Below, piece after piece: positions 37,837-47,943 of a stretch of DNA of 64,000 bases. The position numbers and the translations under genes were made by a program. Position 1 is the stretch's first letter; each line of letters opens with the position of its first letter. The notes beneath the pieces are model-generated. The model made no database searches. It was given only the letters and a program-made list of their open reading frames with translations, and was not told where the DNA came from. Location of the stretch: NCBI GenBank assembly GCA_965223505.1, contig CBDCWP010000034.1, positions 64,001-128,000 of the forward strand, in the 5' to 3' direction. The DNA is from Planctomycetota bacterium. GTDB taxonomy: Bacteria > Planctomycetota > PLA2 > JAEUHO01.

Positions 37837-39561
37837 CTACTTCCACTGCCAGTTCTTCTCGATCGACTTGAACGTCGACTCGAGCTTGTCCTCCGCGTCC
37901 TTGCCGCCGAACTGGAACCGGATGAAGAAGACGCGCTTGCCCTTTGTGACGATCCACCCCTTCTCGACGAAGGGGTGCCCGTTTAGCTCCGCCGTGAACT
38001 CGTAGACGAGCCCCTTGGCCGACGCCCAGAAGCCCGACTTCTTCGGCGGCTCGTCGGCGCCGGTGCTGCTGAGCTTCGCGCCCGATCCCGCGTCGGCCAG
38101 CCACTGCTGCGCGCGCTCGTCGAGCAGATGGATGAGCTTGCGGCCCTGCTCGGTCATCTTCGCCTTCTCGTACACGCGCAGGTCGCAGTACAGGTACGCG
38201 TCACCTTCCTCGGTGCGCGTCTCCAGAGCGAAGCGAATCTCCTCGTCCTGCAGCCCCTCGTCGATCTGGGCCATGTTCTTCGGCTTCCTCACCTTCACGC
38301 CCGGCGCGAGCAGGTTGAAGTGCTTGCCCTTGCGCTTGCCGCGTTCGACGACGTGCGCGGCGACGGGACCGGCAATCGGACCCGCCACGGTCTCGGTGGT
38401 CTTCGGAAAGTGAACGCCCGCGAGAATCTCGTCGATCGGCTTGATGAAGTGCAAGTGACAGTCGCGCTCGCCCCGAACGACCGCCACCCAGCGGTAGAGC
38501 TTCACGTCGAGCGCCACGGCGGTCTCGATGATGGTCGCATACGTGTCCTTGACCTTGCCTGCGACGGTGAGGCGCACACCGGTCGAATTGCCGATGTCGA
38601 GGTCCTTCTCGATCTTCGCGCCGCCCGGAATGCGGGTCTCCATGCGCTCCGCGATGCGGTTCAGCGTCTCGGGATCGTCAGCGAAACTCCGGATGTCGAA
38701 TCCGGGCGGCCGGTCTTGGATCAAGAGCGTGACGGCGCAGTGATTCGGGCCTTCGCGCATCTCCAACTCCAGGAAGTTGCCCGATTTGGCCGTCTCGTCG
38801 GCGATCACCTTCGTGATCGAGAACGCCGAGTCGGTCAGGGTCCAAACGAGGTTCTGCGACGGGAAGGTGATCTTGTCGCCTTCCTTCTTGGGGCCGTTCT
38901 CCGGCCAGCTGTCGGGCGTGCGGGCCGCATCGCCGTCGCCCGACTCCGGCTTGGTGCCGCCTTCGTCGCCTTCGCCCTCATTGCCCTCGTCGTCGTCCGG
39001 CGTGGCGGTCTTGCCGGCGCCTTCGATCAGACGTAGCCCGTCGCGCACCTCGGCGATCTCGTCCTCGTACGTGTTCTGGTGGCCGTACCAGACGCGGACG
39101 TAGAGGGTGTAGAACTTGTCCTTGTAGACGATCGCGTGGGACTGAATGTAGGCCTTGACGCCCGAGACCGTCCCCGTGACCTCGATGGACGTTCCCGGGA
39201 GGCCCGAGAGCACGGCCGCGTTCTTCTCGGCCTTCGTCACCTCCTGCATGCTCGCGCGGGCGTTGCTCAGCATCTCGTCGCCGCGCTCGGCGAGCGTCAA
39301 GCCGCCGGTCGGCCGAACGGAGACGTAGAACGTCGCCTGAATCGAGTTCGAGGCGTGCTTGACCATCGCGAAGTAGCCGGCCGCCTTGGATTGCGGGTCC
39401 GGCTCGGCGAACGTCCAATCCTCGGAGTCCGGAAGCGTCCACCGCAGGTTGTGGCTCTTCCACTCCTTGGTCTCGCCGCCTTCGTCTTCCTCGTCGGCCC
39501 AGACGGCGGGCGCGAGCGCCAGCGTCAATCCGAGCAACAGACACAGATGCAGTAGCCGCAT
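37837..39561 (-). CDS. Secreted hypothetical protein
   Basis: Signal peptide ending VWA-D; GAGGGAG RBS; several similar alpha/beta modules. Confidence 0.75.
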   Translation of the reverse strand: MRLLHLCLLLGLTLALAPAVWADEEDEGGETKEWKSHNLRWTLPDSEDWTFAEPDPQSKAAGYFAMVKHASNSIQATFYVSVRPTGGLTLAERGDEMLSNARASMQEVTKAEKNAAVLSGLPGTSIEVTGTVSGVKAYIQSHAIVYKDKFYTLYVRVWYGHQNTYEDEIAEVRDGLRLIEGAGKTATPDDDEGNEGEGDEGGTKPESGDGDAARTPDSWPENGPKKEGDKITFPSQNLVWTLTDSAFSITKVIADETAKSGNFLELEMREGPNHCAVTLLIQDRPPGFDIRSFADDPETLNRIAERMETRIPGGAKIEKDLDIGNSTGVRLTVAGKVKDTYATIIETAVALDVKLYRWVAVVRGERDCHLHFIKPIDEILAGVHFPKTTETVAGPIAGPVAAHVVERGKRKGKHFNLLAPGVKVRKPKNMAQIDEGLQDEEIRFALETRTEEGDAYLYCDLRVYEKAKMTEQGRKLIHLLDERAQQWLADAGSGAKLSSTGADEPPKKSGFWASAKGLVYEFTAELNGHPFVEKGWIVTKGKRVFFIRFQFGGKDAEDKLESTFKSIEKNWQWK

Positions 39562-39605
39562 GTCTCTCCCTCATCGACCGCGGCGATTGTAGCGTCCGCC
39601 GCGGA

Positions 39606-40415
39606 TCACTCCTCTTCGTCGGCGAAGAGGTCGTCGAGATCGCTCTTGTACTCCTTCACCATCGCGAACCACTCTTCCGCCGCGTGCAGGTCCCGCCCGG
39701 TGAGCTGATTGAGAATCTTGTGGAGGATGGGCGAGAGCGTGGTCCAGCGACTGCCCGCGCTGCCGTACGACAGCGGCTGGTGCATGTCGGGATCGCGATC
39801 GCCGGGACGCGTTCCGGGACGGTCCTTCTCCGTCGTCTTGACCAGCTCGATCAAGATCTTCTTGCGCTTGTTCTTGATCTTCTTGAATCCTCCGAGCGCC
39901 GTCGCGGCCCGCGCGACGATCGGCAGGGTCTTCGACTTGTGGACGATCTTCAGCAGCGGCTCCACGTAGTCGCTGTGCGGCGCCTTTCCGGCGGTATCGA
40001 CGGCCGTTTGGAGGATCGGGCCCGCTTTCTTGAGGTTGTGCTGCCGCAGATGCGGCTTCACGAATTTGGAGGCGCGCTCGTCGCCCATGGTGCCGAAGCC
40101 GGTCAACGCGGCCTTGAGGACGTCATGGCGCGACTTGCCGACGCACCACTTCGAGATCATCCCCATCAGCTCGACGGCCTGGCCCTTGACCTTGTCGTCG
40201 TCGGCGGCCATCGCCCCGGTGTAGAGCTTCACGACCTCGTTCACGTCGTTCTTGAGCGCGTCCAGATCCTTGTCGACCTGATGCCCCTTGATGATGTCCT
40301 TGAGCGCCGCGGCGCGGTTCGAAAGCTCCTCGTCGGCCGCGGCGGAGCCGGCCACCCCACCGAGCAGCAGCGCGGCGGCGGCCAGCGCGGCACGCCAGGT
40401 CCCGTGTCTCCCCAT
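39606..40415 (-). CDS. Secreted HEAT-like hypothetical protein
   Basis: Signal peptide ending AAA-D; helical repeats; GGGAGG RBS. Confidence 0.75.
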   Translation of the reverse strand: MGRHGTWRAALAAAALLLGGVAGSAAADEELSNRAAALKDIIKGHQVDKDLDALKNDVNEVVKLYTGAMAADDDKVKGQAVELMGMISKWCVGKSRHDVLKAALTGFGTMGDERASKFVKPHLRQHNLKKAGPILQTAVDTAGKAPHSDYVEPLLKIVHKSKTLPIVARAATALGGFKKIKNKRKKILIELVKTTEKDRPGTRPGDRDPDMHQPLSYGSAGSRWTTLSPILHKILNQLTGRDLHAAEEWFAMVKEYKSDLDDLFADEEE

Positions 40416-40634
40416 GAACAGTTCCTCCCGCGGCATCGACTTCCCTGACCGTACGTCCGCCCGCCGGGGGTGGGCGGCAGTCGGTTGCGATTTCAGACCA
40501 AGGTCCCGGGGTCGTCGGCGCGACGCTCCCCCTTGGTTTGACGCGCTCGATGACCGGGCGTTTCAGCTTTCTCGCGCGTCCGTCTCGGGACGGGCACGCG
40601 CGTGTCGCCGCCGTCACGCAAGCTATGCCGGGAT

Positions 40635-41885
40635 ATGGGCTACGCCGCATTCCTCCGGGCGAACCTGGGCCTCCTCACCTACGGCTTCGCGCTCACGTTC
40701 TTCTCGAGCTTCGGGCAGACGTACTTCGTCTCGATGTTCGGCGACGCGATCAAGGGGGACTTCGCCCTCGATGACGAGGAGTGGGGCAGGTACTACTCGC
40801 TCGCCACGGTCGCCAGCGGGCTGCTGCTCATCTGGATCGGCCGGACCATCGACCACGTCGATCTGCGTTGGTTCAGCCTCGCCGCGGGGCTCGGCGTCGC
40901 CACGTCGTGCTGCGTCATGGGTCTGATTCACGCGGCCTGGCTGCTTCCGCTGGGCTTCTTCGCCGTGCGCTTCACGGGCCAGGGCCTCATGAGCCACGCC
41001 GCGTTCACCTCGATGGCGCGATACTTCGAGCACGCCCGCGGCAAGGCGACCACCATCGCCGCGCTCGGATTCCCCGTCGGTTCGGCGGTGTTTCCCCTCT
41101 TCGCGGTGTTGCTGCTTTCCCACTTCGAATGGCGCGATGCCTGGCTCCTCTGCGGCCTCGCGCTGTTCGTCGTGCTGCCGGTCGTGGTGCTCACGCTGCT
41201 GCGCGGGCACAAGGCGCGTCACGAGGCGTTGCTCGACAGCATCGCCCGGCCGAGCGAAGACGCGGACCGTCCGGTCGCGAGGCAGTGGACCCGCGCGCAG
41301 GTCCTGCGCGACGCGCGGTTCTACATGATCCTCTCCGCCACGCTGGCGGCGCCGTTCCTGCTGACCGGCTTGATCTTCCACCAGCTCGAGCTCGCCCTGG
41401 CCAAGGGCTGGACGACGGAATGGCTGGCGGGCTGCTTCGTCACCTTCGGTGGCGCGCACTTCGTCGTGTCGCTGGTCATGATCCCGATCATCGAGCGGAT
41501 TGACGAGAGGCGTCTGTTGCCGTTCTGCGTACTGCCGCTCGCGGGCGCGATGCTCACGCTCGCGCTGTTCGATCATCCCGTCTCCGCGATCGTCTACCTC
41601 GGGCTGGGCGGGGCGACGATCGGCGCGACGATCCCCGTTTCGACGAGCCTGTTCGCCGACATGTACGGCGTCCTGCACTACGGCGCGATCCGCTCGATCA
41701 CCACGGCCGCGATGGTGTGGGCGACGGGCGCCGCGCCTTGGGCCATGGGGATCCTGCTCGGATGGGGCATTTCGTTCGAGACGATCGCCTGGGGCGGGTT
41801 CGCGTACGTGATGCTCGGTGTCGCGGCGGCCGCGATCGCGCTGCGCATGAACGTCGCGGATGAAAGCGATCCGGCGAGTCTCTAG
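40635..41885 (+). CDS. MFS transporter
   Basis: ~12 TM; SSFGQTYFVSMF, RFTGQGLMSH, YFEHARGKA, YGVLHYGAIRS. Confidence 0.9.
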   Translation: MGYAAFLRANLGLLTYGFALTFFSSFGQTYFVSMFGDAIKGDFALDDEEWGRYYSLATVASGLLLIWIGRTIDHVDLRWFSLAAGLGVATSCCVMGLIHAAWLLPLGFFAVRFTGQGLMSHAAFTSMARYFEHARGKATTIAALGFPVGSAVFPLFAVLLLSHFEWRDAWLLCGLALFVVLPVVVLTLLRGHKARHEALLDSIARPSEDADRPVARQWTRAQVLRDARFYMILSATLAAPFLLTGLIFHQLELALAKGWTTEWLAGCFVTFGGAHFVVSLVMIPIIERIDERRLLPFCVLPLAGAMLTLALFDHPVSAIVYLGLGGATIGATIPVSTSLFADMYGVLHYGAIRSITTAAMVWATGAAPWAMGILLGWGISFETIAWGGFAYVMLGVAAAAIALRMNVADESDPASL

Positions 41886-41909
41886 AATCGGCTTCTCGGG
41901 AGGCGCGCC

Positions 41910-43205
41910 ATGCATTCACGACGTCAGTTCCTCGGAAGCATGCTGTTGCCGGCGGCGGCGGCGGCCGTCGCGTTCGAACCGCGCAAGGTGTTGGCCGGCG
42001 GGTTCATCGATCGGTTGCCGATCCTGCCGCGCGGCGACGCGGCCAACGACGAGCTCTGGTTCGAGGTGTCGCAGGCGTTCACCGTCGACCGCAGCCTGGT
42101 GAACTTCAACAACGGCGGCGTCTCGCCCGCACCGGCCGTCGTACAGGAATCGATGAAGCGTCACCTGGACTACTCCAACGAGGCGCCGCCCTACACGATG
42201 TGGCGCATCCTCGAGCCGCAGCGCGAGGGCGTGCGCAAGCGCATGGCCCGTCAGTTCGGCTGCGATCCCGAAGAGATCGCGTTCACGCGCAACGCGTCGG
42301 AGAGCCTGCAGATCTGCCAGCTGGGGTTCGATCTGCAGAAGGGCGACGAGGTCCTCACGACGACGCAGGACTACCCGCGCATGATCAACACGTTCAAGCA
42401 GCGTGAGCGCCGCGAGGGCATCGTGCTCAAGCAGTTCAGGATTCCGATTCCGTGCGACGACCCCGGCGAGATCGTCCGCCGCTTCGAGGCGAACATCACG
42501 CCGAAGACCAAGCTGATCTTGATGTGCCACATGATCAACATCACCGGGCAGATCCTGCCCGTGAAGGAGGTCGTCGCGATGGCGCGCATGCGCGGCCTGC
42601 CGGTCATCGTGGACGGCGCGCACGCGCTCGCGCACTTCGACTTCAAGCTCTCGGACCTCGACTGCGACTACTACGGCACGAGCCTGCACAAGTGGCTGTT
42701 CGCCCCCCACGGCACCGGGTTGTTGTACGTGCGCAAGGACAAGATCAAGGGCCTGTGGCCGATGATGGCGGCGCCCGAGACCCAGGACGAGAACATCCGC
42801 AAGTTCGAGGAGATCGGCACGCACCCGGCGGCCAACTACCTGGCCATCGCGGACGCGCTGACCTTCCACCAGGGCATCGGACCCAAACGCAAGGAGCAGC
42901 GGCTCGTGTTCCTGCGCGACTACTGGGCGAAGCGGCTCCTCCGGCACGAGCGCGTGAAGCTGCACACGAGCCTGAAGCCGGGCATGGCGTGCGGGATCGC
43001 CAACGTGCAGATCGATGGGATCGACTCCGCCGAGCTGCAGCAGTGGCTCTGGAAGGAGCACCGCATTCTGACGGTCGCGATCAAGCACGACGAGTTCGAG
43101 GGCATTCGCGTCTCGCCGTCGGTCTACACGACGATCGAGGAGCTGGACCGCTTCGTGGCCGCCATGGAGACGGTCCTCGCGAAGGGGCTGCCCGAAGACG
43201 ATTGA
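41910..43205 (+). CDS. PLP-dependent aminotransferase class V with Tat signal (isopenicillin N epimerase/cysteine desulfurase-like)
   Basis: SRRQFL Tat motif; FNNGGVSP, TRNASE, VDGAH, SLHKWL. Confidence 0.9.
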   Translation: MHSRRQFLGSMLLPAAAAAVAFEPRKVLAGGFIDRLPILPRGDAANDELWFEVSQAFTVDRSLVNFNNGGVSPAPAVVQESMKRHLDYSNEAPPYTMWRILEPQREGVRKRMARQFGCDPEEIAFTRNASESLQICQLGFDLQKGDEVLTTTQDYPRMINTFKQRERREGIVLKQFRIPIPCDDPGEIVRRFEANITPKTKLILMCHMINITGQILPVKEVVAMARMRGLPVIVDGAHALAHFDFKLSDLDCDYYGTSLHKWLFAPHGTGLLYVRKDKIKGLWPMMAAPETQDENIRKFEEIGTHPAANYLAIADALTFHQGIGPKRKEQRLVFLRDYWAKRLLRHERVKLHTSLKPGMACGIANVQIDGIDSAELQQWLWKEHRILTVAIKHDEFEGIRVSPSVYTTIEELDRFVAAMETVLAKGLPEDD

Positions 43206-43208
43206 GAG

Positions 43209-44525
43209 CTAGCCGCCGGCGCCCAACACCCAGGTGAGCACCTGCTCGGGGCGCAGGATCTCCGTGAAGAGGACGCCCGCGGCCTCGCGGTTGGCGGCCT
43301 GGCCTTTCGCGAACGTCGCGTAGCGCATCATGTTCATCATGTCCTGCTGCGGCGAGTCCTCGCCGTAGTCCTGCGCCATGCGATTGATCTTGATGTTCTC
43401 TTCGCGCAGCGCGGCGGTCAGAGGCTCGTACTTCTTCTTCAGGGCCCTGACCCGGTCCTGCTGCTTCGGCGTCAGCTGAAACTGCTTGGCGAGCTCGCGG
43501 AAGTCGCCTGACCGCTCCGCCGTCGTGAGCATGGGCATGATCGAGCGTAGCTGCTTGATCTGAAGCGGGGTATACACCTCGAGCGCGTTCAGATAGAAGG
43601 TCCAGAGCGTGTCGAGCTGGTTCTTCTTCACGACCCGCTGCTCGCGATTCAGGTCCGCGCGCTCCTCCGGCGAGAGATCCTTGCGCCCCAGCTCGCGCGT
43701 GATGCGCGCCTCGGCCGCTTTGTCGGCCGCCGTCTCCTGCTCGAGCTCGGTGAACAAGGCGGTGACCTGCGCCCCCTGCGCCGGTGTCATGCCTTCGACG
43801 AGATAGAGGTGCGCGAAGCCCTCCTCCATCTTCGTCATGCGCGTGGGGAGGCTGCGCTTGATGTGCAGTCGTCCCGCGAGGTCGTGCGAGCAGTCGACGA
43901 CACGCCAGAAGCGCTTTTGCATCGCCGTCGCACGCAGCCGCGCGTCGTCGCGCGCGCGCAGGAGCGCCGCGGCGCCGTCCTCATTTTCCTTCGCCAGCTG
44001 CTCGAGGCGCATGACGGTCGCGTGCGTCGCGAGCAGGGCGCCTTCGACCGCCTGCGGCAGCCGGTGCATGACCTGCTTCGATCCGGCGCCGAACCGCGCG
44101 ACGCGAAGGGCGTAGCGCTCGATGCGGTACGGGCCTTCCGTCGCTCGCTCCAACATGCGCAAGACCTCTTCCGAGATCCCCATCGGTTCGACGGCCTTCT
44201 TCAGCTCCGTCATCAACGGCACGAAGGCGGCGCGGTCGCGCTCCAGCTGCGCGGCGAGCTTGCGGCTTCCGGCGTCTCTCTGGTTGTTCCGAGCGGCCAG
44301 CTGCTTCGCGACCTTGGCGTAGCGCTCGCCCACGATCTTCAGGCGCGCCGCGAGATCGGGGTGCTCGCGCGCGATCTGCACCCACTCGATCTCGGTCAAC
44401 GGAAGCAGCTCGAGGTGCTCGGGCCCGATGTCGACGGGCGCCGGGTGGTCCTCGGCGATCGCTCCCTGTGCCGACGCCGCGAATGCGACGACGAGCAACA
44501 GCGCACGCAGGAAGACACGCGTCAT
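43209..44525 (-). CDS. Secreted hypothetical helical/coiled-coil protein
   Basis: Signal peptide; GGAGG RBS; Spy/CpxP-like LTPKQQ and LRPEQ motifs. Confidence 0.7.
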   Translation of the reverse strand: MTRVFLRALLLVVAFAASAQGAIAEDHPAPVDIGPEHLELLPLTEIEWVQIAREHPDLAARLKIVGERYAKVAKQLAARNNQRDAGSRKLAAQLERDRAAFVPLMTELKKAVEPMGISEEVLRMLERATEGPYRIERYALRVARFGAGSKQVMHRLPQAVEGALLATHATVMRLEQLAKENEDGAAALLRARDDARLRATAMQKRFWRVVDCSHDLAGRLHIKRSLPTRMTKMEEGFAHLYLVEGMTPAQGAQVTALFTELEQETAADKAAEARITRELGRKDLSPEERADLNREQRVVKKNQLDTLWTFYLNALEVYTPLQIKQLRSIMPMLTTAERSGDFRELAKQFQLTPKQQDRVRALKKKYEPLTAALREENIKINRMAQDYGEDSPQQDMMNMMRYATFAKGQAANREAAGVLFTEILRPEQVLTWVLGAGG

Positions 44526-44674
44526 GGCTGTTCCTCCGCAGGGTCCAGGCCACCATACCGCCCGCGACGAGCCTGGATTCGCGGTCCGGGGCGGAATTCG
44601 GGAATCAAGCGCTACGCTGACGGCACGCTAGACGATGGGACCCGGAGGTGCGCATGTGTCGGATGGCATGCGAG

Positions 44675-45292
44675 CTAGCCGCTACGAGGCGGGAGCGTTT
44701 CCGGGTCGGGAAACAGGTCGCGCTCGGCGAGCTTGTCCCGCCAGGACCGCGGCCATGCCGTTCGGTCCACCGTGCCCGTCAGCTCGTATGCGAAGGACTT
44801 GAACGACGACGGCAGCGCGCCCGCCGCCCGCATCCGCGCGACCGCGAACCCGGTGTCGGGCTCCGACGAGAACAGGCAGTCTTCGAGCAGGTAGACGCGA
44901 TAGCCCCGGCCGATCAGGCCCAAGACGGACTGCAACACGCACACGTCGGTCTCGCCGCCCGCGACCGCCACCGCGCCTCTACCGGTCGCCTTCAGGGCGT
45001 CGGCGATCGGTTGCTCGCCGCAGAGGTCGAACGACGACTTCTCGAAGATCTGCACGTCGTTGGGCGTGCGCACCTGCAGCCGGTCGGGTAGGTGCCCCTT
45101 CGATTCGACCGGCCGCTCGATCGTCGCGATGACGGGCAGCGCCAGCCAGTCGGCCAACATGAGCAGGCGCTCCAGCCGCTGGAGGAGCGGCTCGCTCTCG
45201 CCTGCCATCGACGCGAGGAACGAGGTCTGCGCGTCGATCACGGCAACGGCCGCCTCTTCGTGCAGCGGAGAGCGATGGGAAGGAGCCGACAC
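44675..45292 (-). CDS. Isochorismatase family cysteine hydrolase
   Basis: VIDAQ, EKSSF, VAGGETDVCVLQS; start uncertain (GTG 45292). Confidence 0.85.
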   Translation of the reverse strand: MSAPSHRSPLHEEAAVAVIDAQTSFLASMAGESEPLLQRLERLLMLADWLALPVIATIERPVESKGHLPDRLQVRTPNDVQIFEKSSFDLCGEQPIADALKATGRGAVAVAGGETDVCVLQSVLGLIGRGYRVYLLEDCLFSSEPDTGFAVARMRAAGALPSSFKSFAYELTGTVDRTAWPRSWRDKLAERDLFPDPETLPPRSG

Positions 45293-45358
45293 GGCAACGG
45301 GCAGGGTACCCTCTGCGCCCCCGAGGGGGGGAACAGCCTGAGGGATCACGCGAGGACC

Positions 45359-46342
45359 ATGCGCAAGGCGCTCATCATCGGCTTGCTCGTCGCGCTCACC
45401 GGCGTCACCGGTTGCGGTGACGACGAGCCGGAGCTCTGGATCTACACGTCGATCTACAAGAGCGTGATCAAGCGCATGACGCCGCTGCTCGCGGAGCGCT
45501 TTCCCGGCGTTCGCATTCGCTGGTACGACAAGGGCAGCGAGACGATCGCCTCCAAGCTGAACGCGGAGATCCAGGCGGGCGGCAGCAACTGCGATCTGCT
45601 CATGACCTCCGATCCCTTCTACTACCTGCAGCTCAAGGAGGCGGGGCACCTGCTGGCGCACGAGAGCGCCGCGGTCGCCGGCGTCGCGTCGTTCAAGGAT
45701 CCCGATCACACGTTCGCAACCGTCCGCGTGCCGGTGATGGCCCTCGCCGTCAACACGAACCGACTGCAGCCTGACGACTACCCGCAGAGCTTCAAGGACC
45801 TCGAGGACGCCCGCTTCGCGGGCGCGGTCGCGATGCCGGACCCGCTCAAGTCCGGCACCACGTTCACGACCGTCGCCGCGCTCTCGGCGAAGTACGGATG
45901 GTCGTACTTCGAGGCGCTTCGCAAGAACGACATCGTCTCGGCCGGCGGCAACAGCGCGGTGCTCAACAAGATCGAGACCGGTGAGAAGGCGGTCGGCATC
46001 ATTCTGATGGAGAACGTGCTCCCGCGCATCGAGAAGGGCGCGCCGCTCGCGATCGTCGTTCCCTCCGACGGCGCGATTCCCGTTCCCAGCCCGGTTGCCA
46101 TCCTCGCATCCACCGATCAGCCCGCGTTGGCGAAGCAGGTCTACGACTTCATGTTCAGCGCCGAGATGCAGGCCGCCGTGGTGTCGGGCTGGATGTACTC
46201 GCCGATCCCGTCCCAGGCGCCGCCGAAAGGCGCGCCGGCATGGGCCGACCTGAGCAAGCACACGTGGAGCGCGGAGTCGATGGCGGCCGTGCGCGACCGG
46301 CGGGACGAGATCAAGCAGACGTTTCGCGACATCATGCGCTGA
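45359..46342 (+). CDS. ABC transporter substrate-binding lipoprotein (Fe3+/AfuA-like)
   Basis: Lipobox VTGC; IYTS, MPDPLKSGT, PSDGAIPVPSPVAI. Confidence 0.88.
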   Translation: MRKALIIGLLVALTGVTGCGDDEPELWIYTSIYKSVIKRMTPLLAERFPGVRIRWYDKGSETIASKLNAEIQAGGSNCDLLMTSDPFYYLQLKEAGHLLAHESAAVAGVASFKDPDHTFATVRVPVMALAVNTNRLQPDDYPQSFKDLEDARFAGAVAMPDPLKSGTTFTTVAALSAKYGWSYFEALRKNDIVSAGGNSAVLNKIETGEKAVGIILMENVLPRIEKGAPLAIVVPSDGAIPVPSPVAILASTDQPALAKQVYDFMFSAEMQAAVVSGWMYSPIPSQAPPKGAPAWADLSKHTWSAESMAAVRDRRDEIKQTFRDIMR

Positions 46343-47943
46343 TGCGGGTGTGCAGGGGCCAGGCACAGGCGTGGAGCGCGTTGGCCGCGGTCGTGCTGCT
46401 CGGGATCGCGCCGCTTGCGTTCGTCGTTCTGCAGGGCGCGAAGAGCGGCGCGGCGTTCTTCGATGCCGTGACGAGCGCCGACGCCTTGGACGCGCTGATC
46501 GGCACGCTGCGGCTGGCCGTGGGCACGTCGCTGCTCGCGGTGCTGATCGGCGCGCCGTTGGCGTGGCTCACGTCGCGCACCGACCTTCCGTGGCAGCCGT
46601 TCTTCCGGTCCATCCTCACGATCCCGTACATCATCCCGCCGTACATCGCCGCCGTCGCGTGGATCACGCTCGCCAACCCCGAGGTGGGCGTGCTCAACCA
46701 GCTTCTCGGCAAGGGAACGCTGAACATCTACTCCATGACCGGCCTGACGTGGGTCATGGCGTTGAGCTTCTATCCCTACGTCTTCCTGAGCGTGCGCGGC
46801 GCGCTGCAGAACGCGGATCCGTCGTTGGAGGACGCCGCGCGAATGAGCGGCGCCGGCACCTGGCGGGTGCTCCGGGACGTGTCGCTGCCCATCATGCGCC
46901 CGGCGCTCATCTCGAGCGGAGGACTCGTGTTTGCCGTCACGGCGTCGGCGTTCGGCGCGCCGGTGCTGTTGGGTGGCCCCGCGCGGATCGAGGTGCTCTC
47001 GACGCAGATCTTCGACGCCATCGCCGGCGGTCTCGGCGGCATGGCGGAGGCCAGCAGCCTGGCCTGCCTGCTCTTCGTCTTCGTCTTGCCGCCGCTGCTT
47101 CTGCGCGGACGCCATCACGCGGTGCTGTCGGGCAAGGCGTCGCGCGCGTCGCTGGTGCGGCTGGGACGCTACCGTGCCGCGACGGCCCTGCTGGTCGGCG
47201 TCTTCGCGCTCGTCGCGATCATTTGTCCCGCCGCCGCGGTGACGTTGACCGCGTTCATGCGCATCGCCGGCGACTTCTCCATCGCGAACCTGACGACCGA
47301 GAACTTCGCGGCGCTCTGGCAGCCCGAGACGGCCGACGTGATTCGAACGTCGCTGCTGCTCGCCGCCGGCGCGGCGACCGCCGCGGTCATGCTCGGCGGC
47401 GCCGTCGCCTTCGTGAAGGTGAAGACGCGCTGGAAGGGGCGCGGCCTGCTCGACGCGTTGACGGCGCTTCCGCTGGCCGCCCCGGGAACCGTGCTGGCGC
47501 TGGGCTTGATCCTCATGTGGACGACGCCGCTCACGCTCACGAACACGCTCTGGATCCTTCTGATCGCCTACGTCGCGAAGTACGCCGCGCTGGCCGCCAG
47601 GCCGCTTGCGGACGGACTCGGCACCATCGACGACGCGCTGCCCGAGGCGGCGCGCATGAGCGGCGCGCGGGGCTTCACGGTGCTTCGAACGATCTGGATC
47701 CCGCTGGTGCTCCCGTCGCTCATGGCCGGCTGGTTTCTCGTGTTCATGCCGTCGTTCAGCGAGCTCACGATGTCCGTGCTGCTCGTCGGTCCCGGGACCG
47801 AGACCGTCGGCACGCGCATGTTCGAGCTGCGCGAGTACGAGGGGCCGACCGCCGCGTCGGTCCTCGCAACCGTGATTCTCGCCTTCGTCGTCGGGAGCAA
47901 CCTCTTGCTCCGATTCCTCTCCAAAGGACGATACGGCGTATGA
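46342..47943 (+). CDS. ABC transporter permease (FbpB/AfuB-like, duplicated)
   Basis: Two EAA loops (LEDAARMSGA, LPEAARMSGA); TGATG coupling with the upstream gene. Confidence 0.92.
   Translation: MRVCRGQAQAWSALAAVVLLGIAPLAFVVLQGAKSGAAFFDAVTSADALDALIGTLRLAVGTSLLAVLIGAPLAWLTSRTDLPWQPFFRSILTIPYIIPPYIAAVAWITLANPEVGVLNQLLGKGTLNIYSMTGLTWVMALSFYPYVFLSVRGALQNADPSLEDAARMSGAGTWRVLRDVSLPIMRPALISSGGLVFAVTASAFGAPVLLGGPARIEVLSTQIFDAIAGGLGGMAEASSLACLLFVFVLPPLLLRGRHHAVLSGKASRASLVRLGRYRAATALLVGVFALVAIICPAAAVTLTAFMRIAGDFSIANLTTENFAALWQPETADVIRTSLLLAAGAATAAVMLGGAVAFVKVKTRWKGRGLLDALTALPLAAPGTVLALGLILMWTTPLTLTNTLWILLIAYVAKYAALAARPLADGLGTIDDALPEAARMSGARGFTVLRTIWIPLVLPSLMAGWFLVFMPSFSELTMSVLLVGPGTETVGTRMFELREYEGPTAASVLATVILAFVVGSNLLLRFLSKGRYGV

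Noticed and set aside
8983..43205. Beta-lactam biosynthesis link between the penicillin acylase and the isopenicillin-N-epimerase-like gene
   Set aside because: They are 30 kb apart, both families are broad, and there are no NRPS or IPNS genes.
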